A DNA stretch of 64,000 nucleotides. Origin: Gaiella sp. GTDB lineage: Bacteria > Actinomycetota > Thermoleophilia > Gaiellales > Gaiellaceae. Both the position numbers and the translations under genes were made by a program. The stretch is taken from assembly GCA_036265415.1 (NCBI GenBank), contig DATAPC010000085.1, positions 9,449 to 73,448 of the forward strand, given 5' to 3'. Below the pieces are notes generated by a model. It was not told the DNA's origin. It worked only from the letters and a program-made list of their open reading frames with translations, and searched no databases. The stretch's first letter is position 1; the number at the start of each line of letters is the position of its first letter. Positions 19,527 to 28,513 of the stretch are shown here, piece after piece.

Positions 19527-19542
19527 GCTGCCCGGTGGGGAG

Positions 19543-19588
19543 CCGCGACGTCGGAATCGCCGCCGTGATTCCGACGTCGCGGTTTTCT
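19543..19588 (+). terminator. Intrinsic terminator
   Basis: 16-bp stem CCGCGACGTCGGAATC/GATTCCGACGTCGCGG followed by TTTTCT. Confidence 0.8.
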
Positions 19589-19599
19589 GGGGGAGAGAC

Positions 19600-19803
19600 C
19601 TAGAGGAGGATCCTCGCCGCGACGTCTGGTGGGCAGCCACGCGCCACCAGGTCGACGGCGTCGTGCAGGTCGACCTCGACGTTCGCCGCCAGCACCGCTG
19701 CCGCGTCGAGCTCGTACCCAGACCTGCAGAGCGCGTCGAAACGCCAGGCGAGGACCTCTGCCGCCTCGTCGACGCGGAGATCCTCGAACTGTGCCGCCGT
19801 CAT
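19600..19803 (-). CDS. Small hypothetical protein (67 aa)
   Basis: GAGGGG/AAGGA RBS, GC3-rich codons, helical globular composition. Confidence 0.75.
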   Translation of the reverse strand: MTAAQFEDLRVDEAAEVLAWRFDALCRSGYELDAAAVLAANVEVDLHDAVDLVARGCPPDVAARILL

Positions 19804-20003
19804 TCCTTGCCCCCTCTCGTGAGGGCCGTCCGCCGCTCGAGACCCTCGTTCACCATGCCACTACCGTCGGTGATCGTGCCTGGGCACTCTTCCCCCGCGG
19901 GGCGAGACGTGCCTAGCCGTTCGGGTGGTCGCCGCGTCGAGCGCTGGGTGAAGGCAGTTGCCGGACCTTGAGGCCTGGGCCGCAGTTCGTAAGCTGAGAG
20001 GGA

Positions 20004-20261
20004 GTGGTCGAGCTCGCAGGATTCGAGGTGCCAGACGAGCACGTGCTCGAGCTTGCCGGCCTGCTCGTGGACGCAGGCTACGACGAGACGGCCGAGCGGC
20101 TGAGCTACGCCCTCAAGTGGGGCGACGAGGTCGTGGGCCTCCGGATCGCCGACCGGCTCGCGATCATCGACGTGCTCGACGACGCCCCGGCAGGCCTCGC
20201 CGGACTCCGCGACGTGCTCGTCACGGAGCATCGGTGGCGCGTCCGCCACGGCATGGTCTGA
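20004..20261 (+). CDS. Small hypothetical protein (85 aa)
   Basis: GAGAGGGA upstream, strong GC3 bias, acidic helical sequence. Confidence 0.7.
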   Translation: MVELAGFEVPDEHVLELAGLLVDAGYDETAERLSYALKWGDEVVGLRIADRLAIIDVLDDAPAGLAGLRDVLVTEHRWRVRHGMV

Positions 20262-20304
20262 CGCCTCGGGCCACCGGCGCCGGCTCGCTCGTTAGGGTCG
20301 GTGG

Positions 20305-20580
20305 ATGAAGTTCAAGCCCACGCGCACCGATCGGCTCTCGCAGGAGGAGCGCGAGATCGTCGACCGGTTCGAGCGTGGCGTGATAGACGCGGCGGAAGCG
20401 GGGCGGTTGCTGATCGAGTCGGTCAATTCGGTCGGTCCGGAGGCCGAGGCGTCGATCGACGACGAGGCGCCCGAGACGGAGAATCTCGACGCAGCCGCTC
20501 TGGACGAGACGCCCGAGGCTGCGAAGGCCCGGGCGCTCGTCGAGCGCATCGCGCGGGACGTCTACGACGATCCGGCCTGA
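20305..20580 (+). CDS. Small acidic hypothetical protein (91 aa)
   Basis: Candidate TAGGGT -10 close to ATG; GC3-biased codons. Confidence 0.55.
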   Translation: MKFKPTRTDRLSQEEREIVDRFERGVIDAAEAGRLLIESVNSVGPEAEASIDDEAPETENLDAAALDETPEAAKARALVERIARDVYDDPA

Positions 20581-20961
20581 CCCGTTCTCGCGCCGTGTCA
20601 ACAGGCGCAAGCGGCGTCTTCGTGCCGAGATGGAGCGCACTGGGCTTTCGCCGGAGCAGCCAAGAGGGCACGGGCGATATCGCCTAAAGCGTCGCGCGGT
20701 GGCCGCGGCTTGGGCGCGGCTGCTGCTGCTGCGCGGCGAATCCGTCGCTGTTCGCCCGATTGCGGCAGCGCCGCTGTGAACCACGGTTATCGGCTGAGTG
20801 GGCGATCGAGCACACGAGCGCGAAGACGCCCCGCACGCATCACCACGGGCTGACCGTCGCGTGGATCACGGCGGGCCCGTTGTCTGGTTCGTCCCGCGCA
20901 CGCGCTGTGGTTCGTGGCCCTCATGTCTCGTCGGGCACGACTCGAAAAAACCGCGCCCTGG

Positions 20962-21213
20962 CTAGAGCGGAAACCACTCCACTGCCAAGTACGTCCCGTA
21001 GACGAGCAGACCGATCCACAGCAGCTGCACAACGGCGACGAGTGCGATACTCGCCCGATGTATCGGGAAGCCGCCCGCCGCCCGGCGGCCAACGTCGGCC
21101 TCCTTGCCGCTGTTCTCGCTTGCGTCGGCTTCTGGCTGGTGCTCGCCGTAGCCGTGTTCCAGCTCACCTAGCGCGAGAGCCGTCGGCTCCGCGGCCAGCA
21201 GATTCGCCTCCAT
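20962..21213 (-). CDS. Small protein with C-terminal TM helix (83 aa)
   Basis: AGGGGAG RBS; C-terminal IALVAVVQLLWIGLLVYGTYLAVEWF. Confidence 0.45.
   Translation of the reverse strand: MEANLLAAEPTALALGELEHGYGEHQPEADASENSGKEADVGRRAAGGFPIHRASIALVAVVQLLWIGLLVYGTYLAVEWFPL
21058..21171 (+). CDS. Leaderless single-TM peptide (37 aa)
   Basis: TGC-GATACT extended -10, 6 nt before ATG; MYREAARRPAANVGLLAAVLACVGFWLVLAVAVFQLT. Confidence 0.5.
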   Translation: MYREAARRPAANVGLLAAVLACVGFWLVLAVAVFQLT

Positions 21214-21452
21214 GTACACATCTCCCCTGTTGCTCCCCCGCGCCGTGTCCGGACCGACGCCTTCCACAAGTCATAGCACCCTTGTGTGTCGCGGGGAAGG
21301 ACACCATCGTGAAACCGACGCCTGCGTCGATTCCCGTACCGGCGCTGGAGTACCCGCATTAGGCGTCCCGCCGGGCGCAGCGGACGGCCGCACACCCTGA
21401 GAGATGCCCGCGGCTTCGGCGGCGTCAGACGGCCCGCCAACCGCGATAATCC

Positions 21453-22442
21453 TCAGAACCAGCGCTTCCAGCGGAAGAAGCCGATCATCCCGAGCAGCGT
21501 CGCGAGGAGCGCTCCCAGGATGACCCAGAACGCGGTGCGGGTCGCCTCGCCCGGATAGACCACGTTCATCCCGAAGATCCCCGTGAGCAGCGTCAGCGGG
21601 AGCATCGTGACGCTGATGAGCGTCAGCAGGCGCAGGACGTCGTTCTGACGGTGGGAGATGACAGACTCGTTGGTCGACTCGAGCGCCTCCACGACCTCCT
21701 TGTAGTTGTCGAGCTGGTCCCAGATCCGCTCGACCGCGTCGTTGATGTCGTCGAAGTAGAGCTCGAGCTCCTCGGGCAGGAACCGGTCGACGCGCCGCTC
21801 GAGCACACGGAGGGTCGAGCGCTCGGGCTTGATCACCTTGCGGTAGGAGATGATCTCCTGCTTGACGTTCGAGATGTCGCGGACGACGTCCTCCGCCGCG
21901 CCCTCGAACATGTCGTCCTCGATCCGGTCGAGCTTGTGGCCGATCTTGTCCAGGATCGGGAAGCAGTAGTCGAACAGGTCGTCGAGCACCTCGTAGAGCA
22001 GGCGCCCGGAGCCCTTCGCGAAGAGCTGCTCGCGGTAGGCGTCGTCGGACTCGCACCGCGCGAAGAGCCGCGTGACGGGGAGCAGCTCGCGGTTCGGAAT
22101 CGTCACGAGGTAGTCCTGGCCGATGAAGACGTCGAGCTCGCCGGCGTTCAGGCGCTGCACCGCCTTGTCGTAGACCGGGAAGTGGAGGACGGCGAACAGA
22201 TAGCGGTCGTCCTCGTAGTCGTCGACCTTCGGCCGCTGGCGCTTCGAGACGATGTCCTCGACGTCGAGGGGATGCCAGCCGAAGCGCTCGGCGAGCACCT
22301 GCGCGGTTTCGAGGTCGGGTGCGACCGCGTTGACCCAGGTGAGGCCCGCCGCAGTGAGCTCAGCGACCTGCGGCGCGCGCGCGACGACGTCCGCGCCGGG
22401 GCGCGACCGGATGCTCCTGCGGATGCGGGGCAGGCTCGGCAC
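21453..22442 (-). CDS. corA: Magnesium transporter CorA family
   Basis: HPLDVEDI..QRPKVD, LTLISVTMLPLTLLTGIFGMN, FRWKRWF. Confidence 0.95.
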   Translation of the reverse strand: MPSLPRIRRSIRSRPGADVVARAPQVAELTAAGLTWVNAVAPDLETAQVLAERFGWHPLDVEDIVSKRQRPKVDDYEDDRYLFAVLHFPVYDKAVQRLNAGELDVFIGQDYLVTIPNRELLPVTRLFARCESDDAYREQLFAKGSGRLLYEVLDDLFDYCFPILDKIGHKLDRIEDDMFEGAAEDVVRDISNVKQEIISYRKVIKPERSTLRVLERRVDRFLPEELELYFDDINDAVERIWDQLDNYKEVVEALESTNESVISHRQNDVLRLLTLISVTMLPLTLLTGIFGMNVVYPGEATRTAFWVILGALLATLLGMIGFFRWKRWF

Positions 22443-22509
22443 GGGGACTCAGCGGGTCGTCGGTCGCCAACGTCATGTTCGTCATTCTAGTCGCGTCGCC
22501 TGCGAGCGG

Positions 22510-23751
22510 TCAGGCGGGCTGGGCAACCGGGGTTCGCCGGATCGCCGCGGGAATCGTACGCTCGAGGGCGACTGCGAGGAACGAGCCGGCCCCGCAGAGA
22601 ACGGCCCACACGACCCAGGTGCCGAGCGGGCTGACCTGCAGGAGGAAGCCGCCCACCGCCGGCCCGAGCGCGAATCCGACCTGCCAGGACAGGGCGGAGA
22701 GCGCCATGTACCGCCCGAGCAGCCGGGGATCGGCGAGGTCCGTGACGAGCGGTGCCTGCACCGCGCCGTGGATGCACTCGCCGATGCCGAACACCGCCAT
22801 CACGACCGTCAGGAGGATGACCGCGAACGCCCCCTCGAACGCCCCGCCGACGATCGAGACCCCGATCCAGCACGCCGCCCACACGACGCCGAGGAGCGCG
22901 AGCATCCGCATCCGCCGGTGGCCCTCCGACAGCTTCGCGATCGGCAGCTGTGTGGCGACGATGACGACGGTGTTCACGAAGAAGATGACGCCGATGGCGC
23001 TCTCCGACACGCCGATCTCGTTCTTCGCGAACACCGGGAGCAGCTCGAAGCCGGACATGCCGGCGAAGATGAACAGCGTGTTGAGCGCGACCACGCCGAC
23101 GAACGCCCGGTGGCGGAAGACGTCTGCGTAGTTCCCGGATCGGGACGATCCACCGCCGTGCGCGACCTCGGGGACGGCGACGAGGAGCACGCCGAGGTAG
23201 ACGACGAACGTCAGCGCGTCGAGGACGAACAACGCGACGAACGTGCGCGGATGCGCCGCGTCGGCGATCAGCCCGCCGACGAGCGCGCCGAGGCCGATGC
23301 CCAGGTTCATCGTCACGCGCTGCATCGCGAACGTCGCATGGCGCCGGTCGGGCGGCGAGAGGGCTGCCAGCATCGTCGACTGCGCAGGCCAGAAGCCACC
23401 GTTGCCGATACCCGTCACGACGCTCGCAGCGAAGCCTTGCCACGGTTCGACGACGAAGGCGAAGCTCGCGTACCCGACGGCGAGGACGACCAGCGCGATC
23501 GCGAGCATCGTGCGAGCGCCGACACGGTCGACGAGCGCGCCGAACACCGGGCCGGCGGCGATGCTCACGAGCGCGTTCGCCGCGACGACGAGCCCGGCCG
23601 TCCCGAGACCGATGTCCCGCACGTTGTGCAGGTAGATGAAGAGGAACGGGATCAGCAGGCCGTTTCCGAATGCGCTCACGAGCCCGCCTGCCTGCAGCGT
23701 CTGGACGCTTCGGGGCAGCTGCGCGTCGAACGAGCGGAGCCAGCGGCGCAT
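22510..23751 (-). CDS. MFS transporter
   Basis: About 12 TMs; GALVDRVGAR motif A; NLGIGLG. Confidence 0.92.
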   Translation of the reverse strand: MRRWLRSFDAQLPRSVQTLQAGGLVSAFGNGLLIPFLFIYLHNVRDIGLGTAGLVVAANALVSIAAGPVFGALVDRVGARTMLAIALVVLAVGYASFAFVVEPWQGFAASVVTGIGNGGFWPAQSTMLAALSPPDRRHATFAMQRVTMNLGIGLGALVGGLIADAAHPRTFVALFVLDALTFVVYLGVLLVAVPEVAHGGGSSRSGNYADVFRHRAFVGVVALNTLFIFAGMSGFELLPVFAKNEIGVSESAIGVIFFVNTVVIVATQLPIAKLSEGHRRMRMLALLGVVWAACWIGVSIVGGAFEGAFAVILLTVVMAVFGIGECIHGAVQAPLVTDLADPRLLGRYMALSALSWQVGFALGPAVGGFLLQVSPLGTWVVWAVLCGAGSFLAVALERTIPAAIRRTPVAQPA

Positions 23752-23792
23752 CGGCGAAGACTAGGCACGGGCGGCTCCGGTGCCCGCGCGCA

Positions 23793-23820
23793 CGGCACAC
23801 GTGTGCCGAATGTGTGCCAA
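23793..23820. promoter_or_regulatory. Candidate operator: 16-bp palindrome plus 11-bp-spaced direct repeat
   Basis: CGGCACACGTGTGCCG; GTGTGCC at 23801 and 23812. Confidence 0.5.
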
Positions 23821-23903
23821 CCGGGCTCAGGCCCTTTCGCCCGATCTGACAACAGAGTATCAGGTGAGAGGTCATGTCCTCCCTCACCGATCGGAGCCGC
23901 GCC

Positions 23904-25001
23904 ATGCCTCGAGCCTTGGCCCTCGTCCTTCTCACGGTCTTCCTCGCGGGCGGGGTGCTCGCCGTGCCCACTGCCCGCAGCGCGTCGCCCGACGTCGTCG
24001 TCAGCCAGGTGTTCGCGGGCGGCGGCAACGCGGGAGCGCCTTTCGCGAACGACTTCGTCGAGCTCTTCAACCGTGGCTCGACCACCGTCGACCTCGGCAG
24101 CTGGACGGTCCAGTACGCCTCCGCCTCCGGAGCGACGTGGCAAGCCACCGCCCTGTCCGGGTCGATTGCCCCGGGACGGCACTACCTCGTCCAGCTCGCC
24201 TCGGCCGCGGCGGTCGGCGGATCCCTGCCGACCCCGGACGCGACCGGGACGACGAATCTCGCCGTGTCGGGCGGGAAGGTCGCGATCGTCCGCGACGCGA
24301 CACCGCTCGCCTGCGGCGCGACCGCGGGCAGCTGCTCGACGGCCGCCTCCATCGCCGATCTCGTCGGCTACGGGAGCGCGGCAGACCACGAGGGGAGCGC
24401 CGCAGCTCCCGCGATCGACAACACGACCGCCGCTGTTCGCGCGGGCGGCGGCTGCACCGACACGGACGCGAATGCGACGGACTTCTCGGCCGAGACGCCG
24501 GCACCGCGCAACACGTCGAGCCCCGTGACGACGTGCGGCACACAGCCGCCGCCGGCCGGAGGCGTCTCTCAGAACGCAGCCGTGGACGTCGACATCCAGC
24601 CGGTGCTGTCGATCGCGCTCGAGCGGTCGAGCGTGAGCTTCGGCAACGCGACGACCGGAGCGACGCCGACGCCCGTCTCCGAGCGGGTGACAGTCGTGAG
24701 CAACAACGCGGCGGGCTACGCGGTCAGTGTGCATCGCACCGCGTTCCAGCCCGCGGACCTCCCGCTCGGAATCGGCGGCACCGCGCCGAGCGGCGGGCAG
24801 ATCGGCGGCGGCCTCGCGGGCGGAGCGACGGCGGCGATCCCGATTCCGCCGGCCGCGGATCTCCTCGTGGGCACCACCGCCGCACGGAGGGCACCGGTGG
24901 GCGACGTCTGGGACACCCGCCTCGGATTCGTCTCTTCGCTGCCGGTCGTTCCGGCCGGACGCTACACCGCAACCCTCACCTTCACGGTGATCGGTCGATG
25001 A
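23904..25001 (+). CDS. Secreted lamin-tail-domain protein with C-terminal pilin/WxL-like beta domain
   Basis: Signal peptide; VVVSQVFAGGGN..NDFVELFNRG..VDLGSWTVQYAS LTD; Pro linker; ends PAGRYTATLTFTVIGR. Confidence 0.8.
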   Translation: MPRALALVLLTVFLAGGVLAVPTARSASPDVVVSQVFAGGGNAGAPFANDFVELFNRGSTTVDLGSWTVQYASASGATWQATALSGSIAPGRHYLVQLASAAAVGGSLPTPDATGTTNLAVSGGKVAIVRDATPLACGATAGSCSTAASIADLVGYGSAADHEGSAAAPAIDNTTAAVRAGGGCTDTDANATDFSAETPAPRNTSSPVTTCGTQPPPAGGVSQNAAVDVDIQPVLSIALERSSVSFGNATTGATPTPVSERVTVVSNNAAGYAVSVHRTAFQPADLPLGIGGTAPSGGQIGGGLAGGATAAIPIPPAADLLVGTTAARRAPVGDVWDTRLGFVSSLPVVPAGRYTATLTFTVIGR

Positions 25002-25771
25002 GCCGCGCGGCGGGCCTCGTTCTCGCCGCCCTCGTGCTCGTGCCCGCCTCGGCGGGCGCGAGCACGGGCCGGCCGCCTCTCGCGCTGACGGCGACGCCAG
25101 CGCACGTCTCGATGGCGGGGTCCGGCACGGCGACGCTCAGGGTCACGAACCCGGGGACGAGTGCGCTCGTCGTCGAGGCGGCACGTGCCGGGTTTGAACT
25201 CGACCTCCGTGGCCGGCCGAGAATCGTCCCGCACAGCGGCGCCCGCTCGGCGACACCGTGGCTCGCGCTGCGACCCGGCCGCTTCGTCCTCGCCGCCGGA
25301 GCGAGCCGGACGGTCACCGTCTCGGCCAGGGTTCCTTCGCGCGTCGAGCCCGGAGACCACGACGCGCTCGTCCTCCTGACGACCCACCCGCGGCGGAGCG
25401 CGGCCGTCTCCGCGCGCCTGCGCGTCGGCGTCGTCGTGGTCGTGCGCGCGCCGGGCAGGGTCGTGCGACGGATGGTCCTCCGAGGGGTCGTCGTGCGGCA
25501 CGCGCACGGCGTCCGGTCACTCGAGGTGCTCGTCTCCAATCTCGGAAACGTCACCGAGAGCCTGGAGCGGGGTCGCGTCCACGTCGTCCTCGTCCGAGGT
25601 CGGGCGCAGACGATCCTCCGCGCGGACGCACGCGACCTGCGGCCGCGGACGAGCGGCGTCGTGACGGTGCGCTACGGCGGCCGAGCACGCGGCTGGACGA
25701 CCGCGAGCGTCGAGATCACAGCCACGGATGGCGGGCCGGTCGTACGACGGAGCTTCCGCGTCAAGCTGTGA
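24998..25771 (+). CDS. Secreted two-Ig-domain protein (PapD-chaperone/DUF916-like)
   Basis: ATGA coupling; signal peptide; LRVTNPG, WLALRP..FVLAAGASRTVTV..VP..PGDHDA, VSNLGNV. Confidence 0.7.
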   Translation: MSRAAGLVLAALVLVPASAGASTGRPPLALTATPAHVSMAGSGTATLRVTNPGTSALVVEAARAGFELDLRGRPRIVPHSGARSATPWLALRPGRFVLAAGASRTVTVSARVPSRVEPGDHDALVLLTTHPRRSAAVSARLRVGVVVVVRAPGRVVRRMVLRGVVVRHAHGVRSLEVLVSNLGNVTESLERGRVHVVLVRGRAQTILRADARDLRPRTSGVVTVRYGGRARGWTTASVEITATDGGPVVRRSFRVKL

Positions 25772-25792
25772 CGAGGACGCGACGCCGACGTC

Positions 25793-26188
25793 TCAGGCGG
25801 GAGGCTCGAGCCCCGCGGCCACGATCGCCGCCAGCGCGAGCCGCTCGTCGTCCGGCCCCGGGAGGCCGCTGACGCCGACGGCCCCGACGCGCCGCCCGCT
25901 CGCGAAGGCGGCGACGCCGCCGTGGAAGAACGAGAACTGTGGATCGCAGCTCGCCAGCTCCGTCGGCGTCCCGCCCACCTTCTCGGCCAGCGCCCGGGTC
26001 GACGGCGCGTCGCTTCGCGCCGCCGTGTACGCCTTCCGGCGGGCGTTCTCGAGCGTGTCGCGGGCCGCGCCGTCCATCGTGAGACACCCGACGAGCTCGC
26101 CGTGGTCGTCGACGGCGGCGATCGACACCGGACCAGGCGCAGCCTCGAGCGTGGCGCGGATCGCGGCGAGCGCCTGCTCGTGCGTCAC
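25793..26188 (-). CDS. GlcG/HbpS family heme-binding protein
   Basis: VSIAAVDDHGEL..MDGA..ARRKAYTAA..GGV..GAVGVSG. Confidence 0.9.
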   Translation of the reverse strand: MTHEQALAAIRATLEAAPGPVSIAAVDDHGELVGCLTMDGAARDTLENARRKAYTAARSDAPSTRALAEKVGGTPTELASCDPQFSFFHGGVAAFASGRRVGAVGVSGLPGPDDERLALAAIVAAGLEPPA

Positions 26189-26574
26189 GACGCGCCCATC
26201 TCGTGACCTGCCACGTCGGCTTTCGCCACGACGCAGAACCTGTTGCCGTCCGGATCGACGAGGACGACGAAGTCGTCGTCGGGGCCGTACTCGCGCGGGT
26301 ACGGGGATGCTCCGAGCGCGACGAGCCGTTCGACCTCGGCCTCCTGATCGGAGGTGTAGAGATCGAGATGCACGCGGCTGAGCTCGCCGAGCTGCGGCAG
26401 CCGACCCTCGTCGACCCGGTCGAGCGAGATGTTCGGGCCCGCGCCCGTCGGATCGACGAGGACGACCCAACCGTCGTCCGGGGGCTCGCGCGGGACGTAC
26501 CCGAGCGCCGCCCGCCAGAACGCCAGCAACTCGTCGAACCGTGCGCAGCGCACGAGAATCGAGCCCACCCGCAC
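26185..26574 (-). CDS. VOC (glyoxalase-like) family protein
   Basis: LAFWRAALGY, RVHLDL, EVERLVALGA, VLVDPDGNRFCV. Confidence 0.9.
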   Translation of the reverse strand: MRVGSILVRCARFDELLAFWRAALGYVPREPPDDGWVVLVDPTGAGPNISLDRVDEGRLPQLGELSRVHLDLYTSDQEAEVERLVALGASPYPREYGPDDDFVVLVDPDGNRFCVVAKADVAGHEMGAS

Positions 26575-26655
26575 CCGGGAGCCGCGCTCCTGCGAGGGAT
26601 CGATGCCCACGCCGGCGAGCCTACACAGCCCGACCGCCGTTCTACGATCGCCCGC

Positions 26656-26805
26656 ATGGACGAGTTCGTCCCAGTCGACTTCGGCGTCCCTCGGCGGCTC
26701 GAGACGCCGTCGTTCGTCCACGAACCGCTCGGCCCGGAGCACGACGACGACGACTACGGCGCGTGGACGTCGTCGATGGAGCACATCCGCGCGACGCCGG
26801 GGTGG
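26656..26805 (+). pseudogene. Truncated N-terminus of a GNAT-type N-acetyltransferase
   Basis: TACGAT -10 then MDEFVPVDFGVPRRLETPSFVHEPLGPEHDDDDYGAWTSSMEHIRATPGW, after which the frame becomes non-protein-like. Confidence 0.6.
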
Positions 26806-26815
26806 GGCGTGCGCC

Positions 26816-27209
26816 TCACGAGCCGCTACGCGATCGCGCTCCTCCCTGCTCGGCTCTCCAGTCGGCTTCGGGGATCGCGACCGGGAGCAGCGGCTCCAGC
26901 ACGAGGGGCGGCCCCACCGGTTCCGGCCAGCTCGTCTCGCCGTCCTCGGCCCGCACCGCGAGCGCGTCCGGCCGCTCTTGGCCCGTCGCCGGTGGGGGCG
27001 AGCGGGACGAGTGGGCCGGTCTTTTCGCCCGCCCACGGCGGCGGCTCGATATCGAACGGCTGCGGCGGCGGCGGCGCGGGCGCCGCCTGCCCGCCCGAAA
27101 GCCATTCACCGGCATGACCGCCGAACGGCAGGTCAGCGAACTCGGCGGCCGTCGCCGCGGCGCCCGGCGGGACACGAGCGGGAGGGGCGGGCTTCGGCCG
27201 CTGGTACAT
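26816..27209 (-). CDS. Pro-rich hypothetical protein, possibly frameshifted near 26982
   Basis: N-half MYQRPKP..FDIEPPPW in one frame; acidic Pro/Trp C-half ERPDALAV..WPEP..ADWRAE in another. Confidence 0.3.
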
Positions 27210-27273
27210 CGCCCTTCATTGTTGCCTACGCCGAAGACGAAGAGCGCCTCGTCCTGAGGTTAGGTCGGGAGCC

Positions 27274-28104
27274 TCAGTCGCCGCTTCGAGTTCCCTGCTC
27301 GTCGCAAGGAATCGTGAACCTCTCGCCGATGGCGGCTCTTTCTTGGTCGAGGATGTGGATCGTTCGCTCCATCGCGACGGGCCGCAGGCCACCGGGGCCG
27401 GAGTGGTAGGGGCGGTCGAGGAACCACAAGAGCAGCAGCGTCGAGGTGATCACGATCGCGACGCCGCCGATCATCGTCGCCTGCACGACGGCACGTTCTG
27501 CACTATCGGCGAAGAACAGCATGAACACGAAGATGATCGCGGCGCTCAAAAGCAGCACGATCCACAGCGGCAGAGGGATCACTCCCTCGGCCCCGTGAGT
27601 GCGATCCCCCCGCGCAGACTCGCGGTCGGAGCGCTGGTCGAGCCACTTCGCGTAGGCCGCCTGCTCGGGAGCCGAGCGGGGATCCACCGTCTTTAGGGCG
27701 CGGAACATCGCTGGCGTCCAGGGATTCTCGGCGTCGCCCAGCGACCCCGTCCGCATCTTCGGCCACTCGCCGTGGACGACCGTTCGCGCATAACAGACAA
27801 GCTCACCGAGGAGGATGGCCCGCACCGTGGTGGGGAACAGTTGGGCCGTTTCGAACTGCTCCCTGACGAGCTGCGCTTCCGTCTCAGCGCCGCTTCGCGA
27901 AGTGTCGAAGCTCTCGAACGCCAGGAAGACGACGAACCCGAGGAGCACGGCGAACCCCGTCGCGAGCACACCGAAGACTCCGGCGGCGCGGTCCCCGTCC
28001 TCGAAGTAGCTCCCCGCAGGGGCGCGGCTACGGACGAGCAGCATCGCCGTGATCGCGACGGTCGTAACCGCTGCGACGACAAGCCCGGCCCAGATAAGGC
28101 TCAC
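27274..28104 (-). CDS. DUF4239/bestrophin-like membrane protein
   Basis: GVLATGFAVLLGFVVFLAFESF..EA..YARTVVHGEW..IPLPLW..LDRPY. Confidence 0.8.
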   Translation of the reverse strand: MSLIWAGLVVAAVTTVAITAMLLVRSRAPAGSYFEDGDRAAGVFGVLATGFAVLLGFVVFLAFESFDTSRSGAETEAQLVREQFETAQLFPTTVRAILLGELVCYARTVVHGEWPKMRTGSLGDAENPWTPAMFRALKTVDPRSAPEQAAYAKWLDQRSDRESARGDRTHGAEGVIPLPLWIVLLLSAAIIFVFMLFFADSAERAVVQATMIGGVAIVITSTLLLLWFLDRPYHSGPGGLRPVAMERTIHILDQERAAIGERFTIPCDEQGTRSGD

Positions 28105-28186
28105 GGCACCCCGTCTACGAACTGCTCTAGCTGGGCGCGAGGGCAGTCGTCGACGGTGGTCACCGTCGCAGTGTGACGCCGGGCGT

Positions 28187-28210
28187 CGAGGTCTGCACCG
28201 AGGTCTGCAC
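28187..28210. repeat. Perfect 12-bp tandem duplication downstream of the tRNA
   Basis: CGAGGTCTGCAC x2. Confidence 0.85.
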
Positions 28211-28253
28211 GCCACGGCGTCTTCCGCACATATCGCACAGATGACCACAGCAT

Positions 28254-28272
28254 CCATGCGGGTTCCGCATGG
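28254..28272 (-). terminator. Hairpin 3' of the tRNA
   Basis: CCATGCGG-GTT-CCGCATGG. Confidence 0.6.
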
Positions 28273-28287
28273 GCACTGACCGCTAAA

Positions 28288-28360
28288 TGCGCCCGGCAGG
28301 AATCGAACCTGCGACCTCGCGCTCCGGAGGCGCGCGCTCTATCCCCTGAGCTACGGGCGC
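28288..28360 (-). tRNA. tRNA-Arg(CCG), CCA end not encoded
   Basis: GCGCCCGTAGCTCAGGGGATAGAGCGCGCGCCTCCGGAGCGCGAGGTCGCAGGTTCGATTCCTGCCGGGCGCA folds as a cloverleaf with anticodon CCG. Confidence 0.97.
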
Positions 28361-28513
28361 CGGGGAGAGGCCAGTGTAGACGAGCGTCGGAGACGGGAGG
28401 TTGGCGGCCGGGAGGCCGGCCCGGAAGGTCGATCGTGCCTCGGCGTGGGGATCATGCGAGGGAGTGGACGACGACCGTTGCGAACGCCACGTCGGGAGGT
28501 CTAGGCTCGGCGC

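Noticed and set aside
21390-21430. Glycine-riboswitch-like words (GCCGAAG...CTCTCAGG) on the minus strand
   Set aside because: No GGAGA 5' strand, no tandem aptamer and no glycine-related gene downstream
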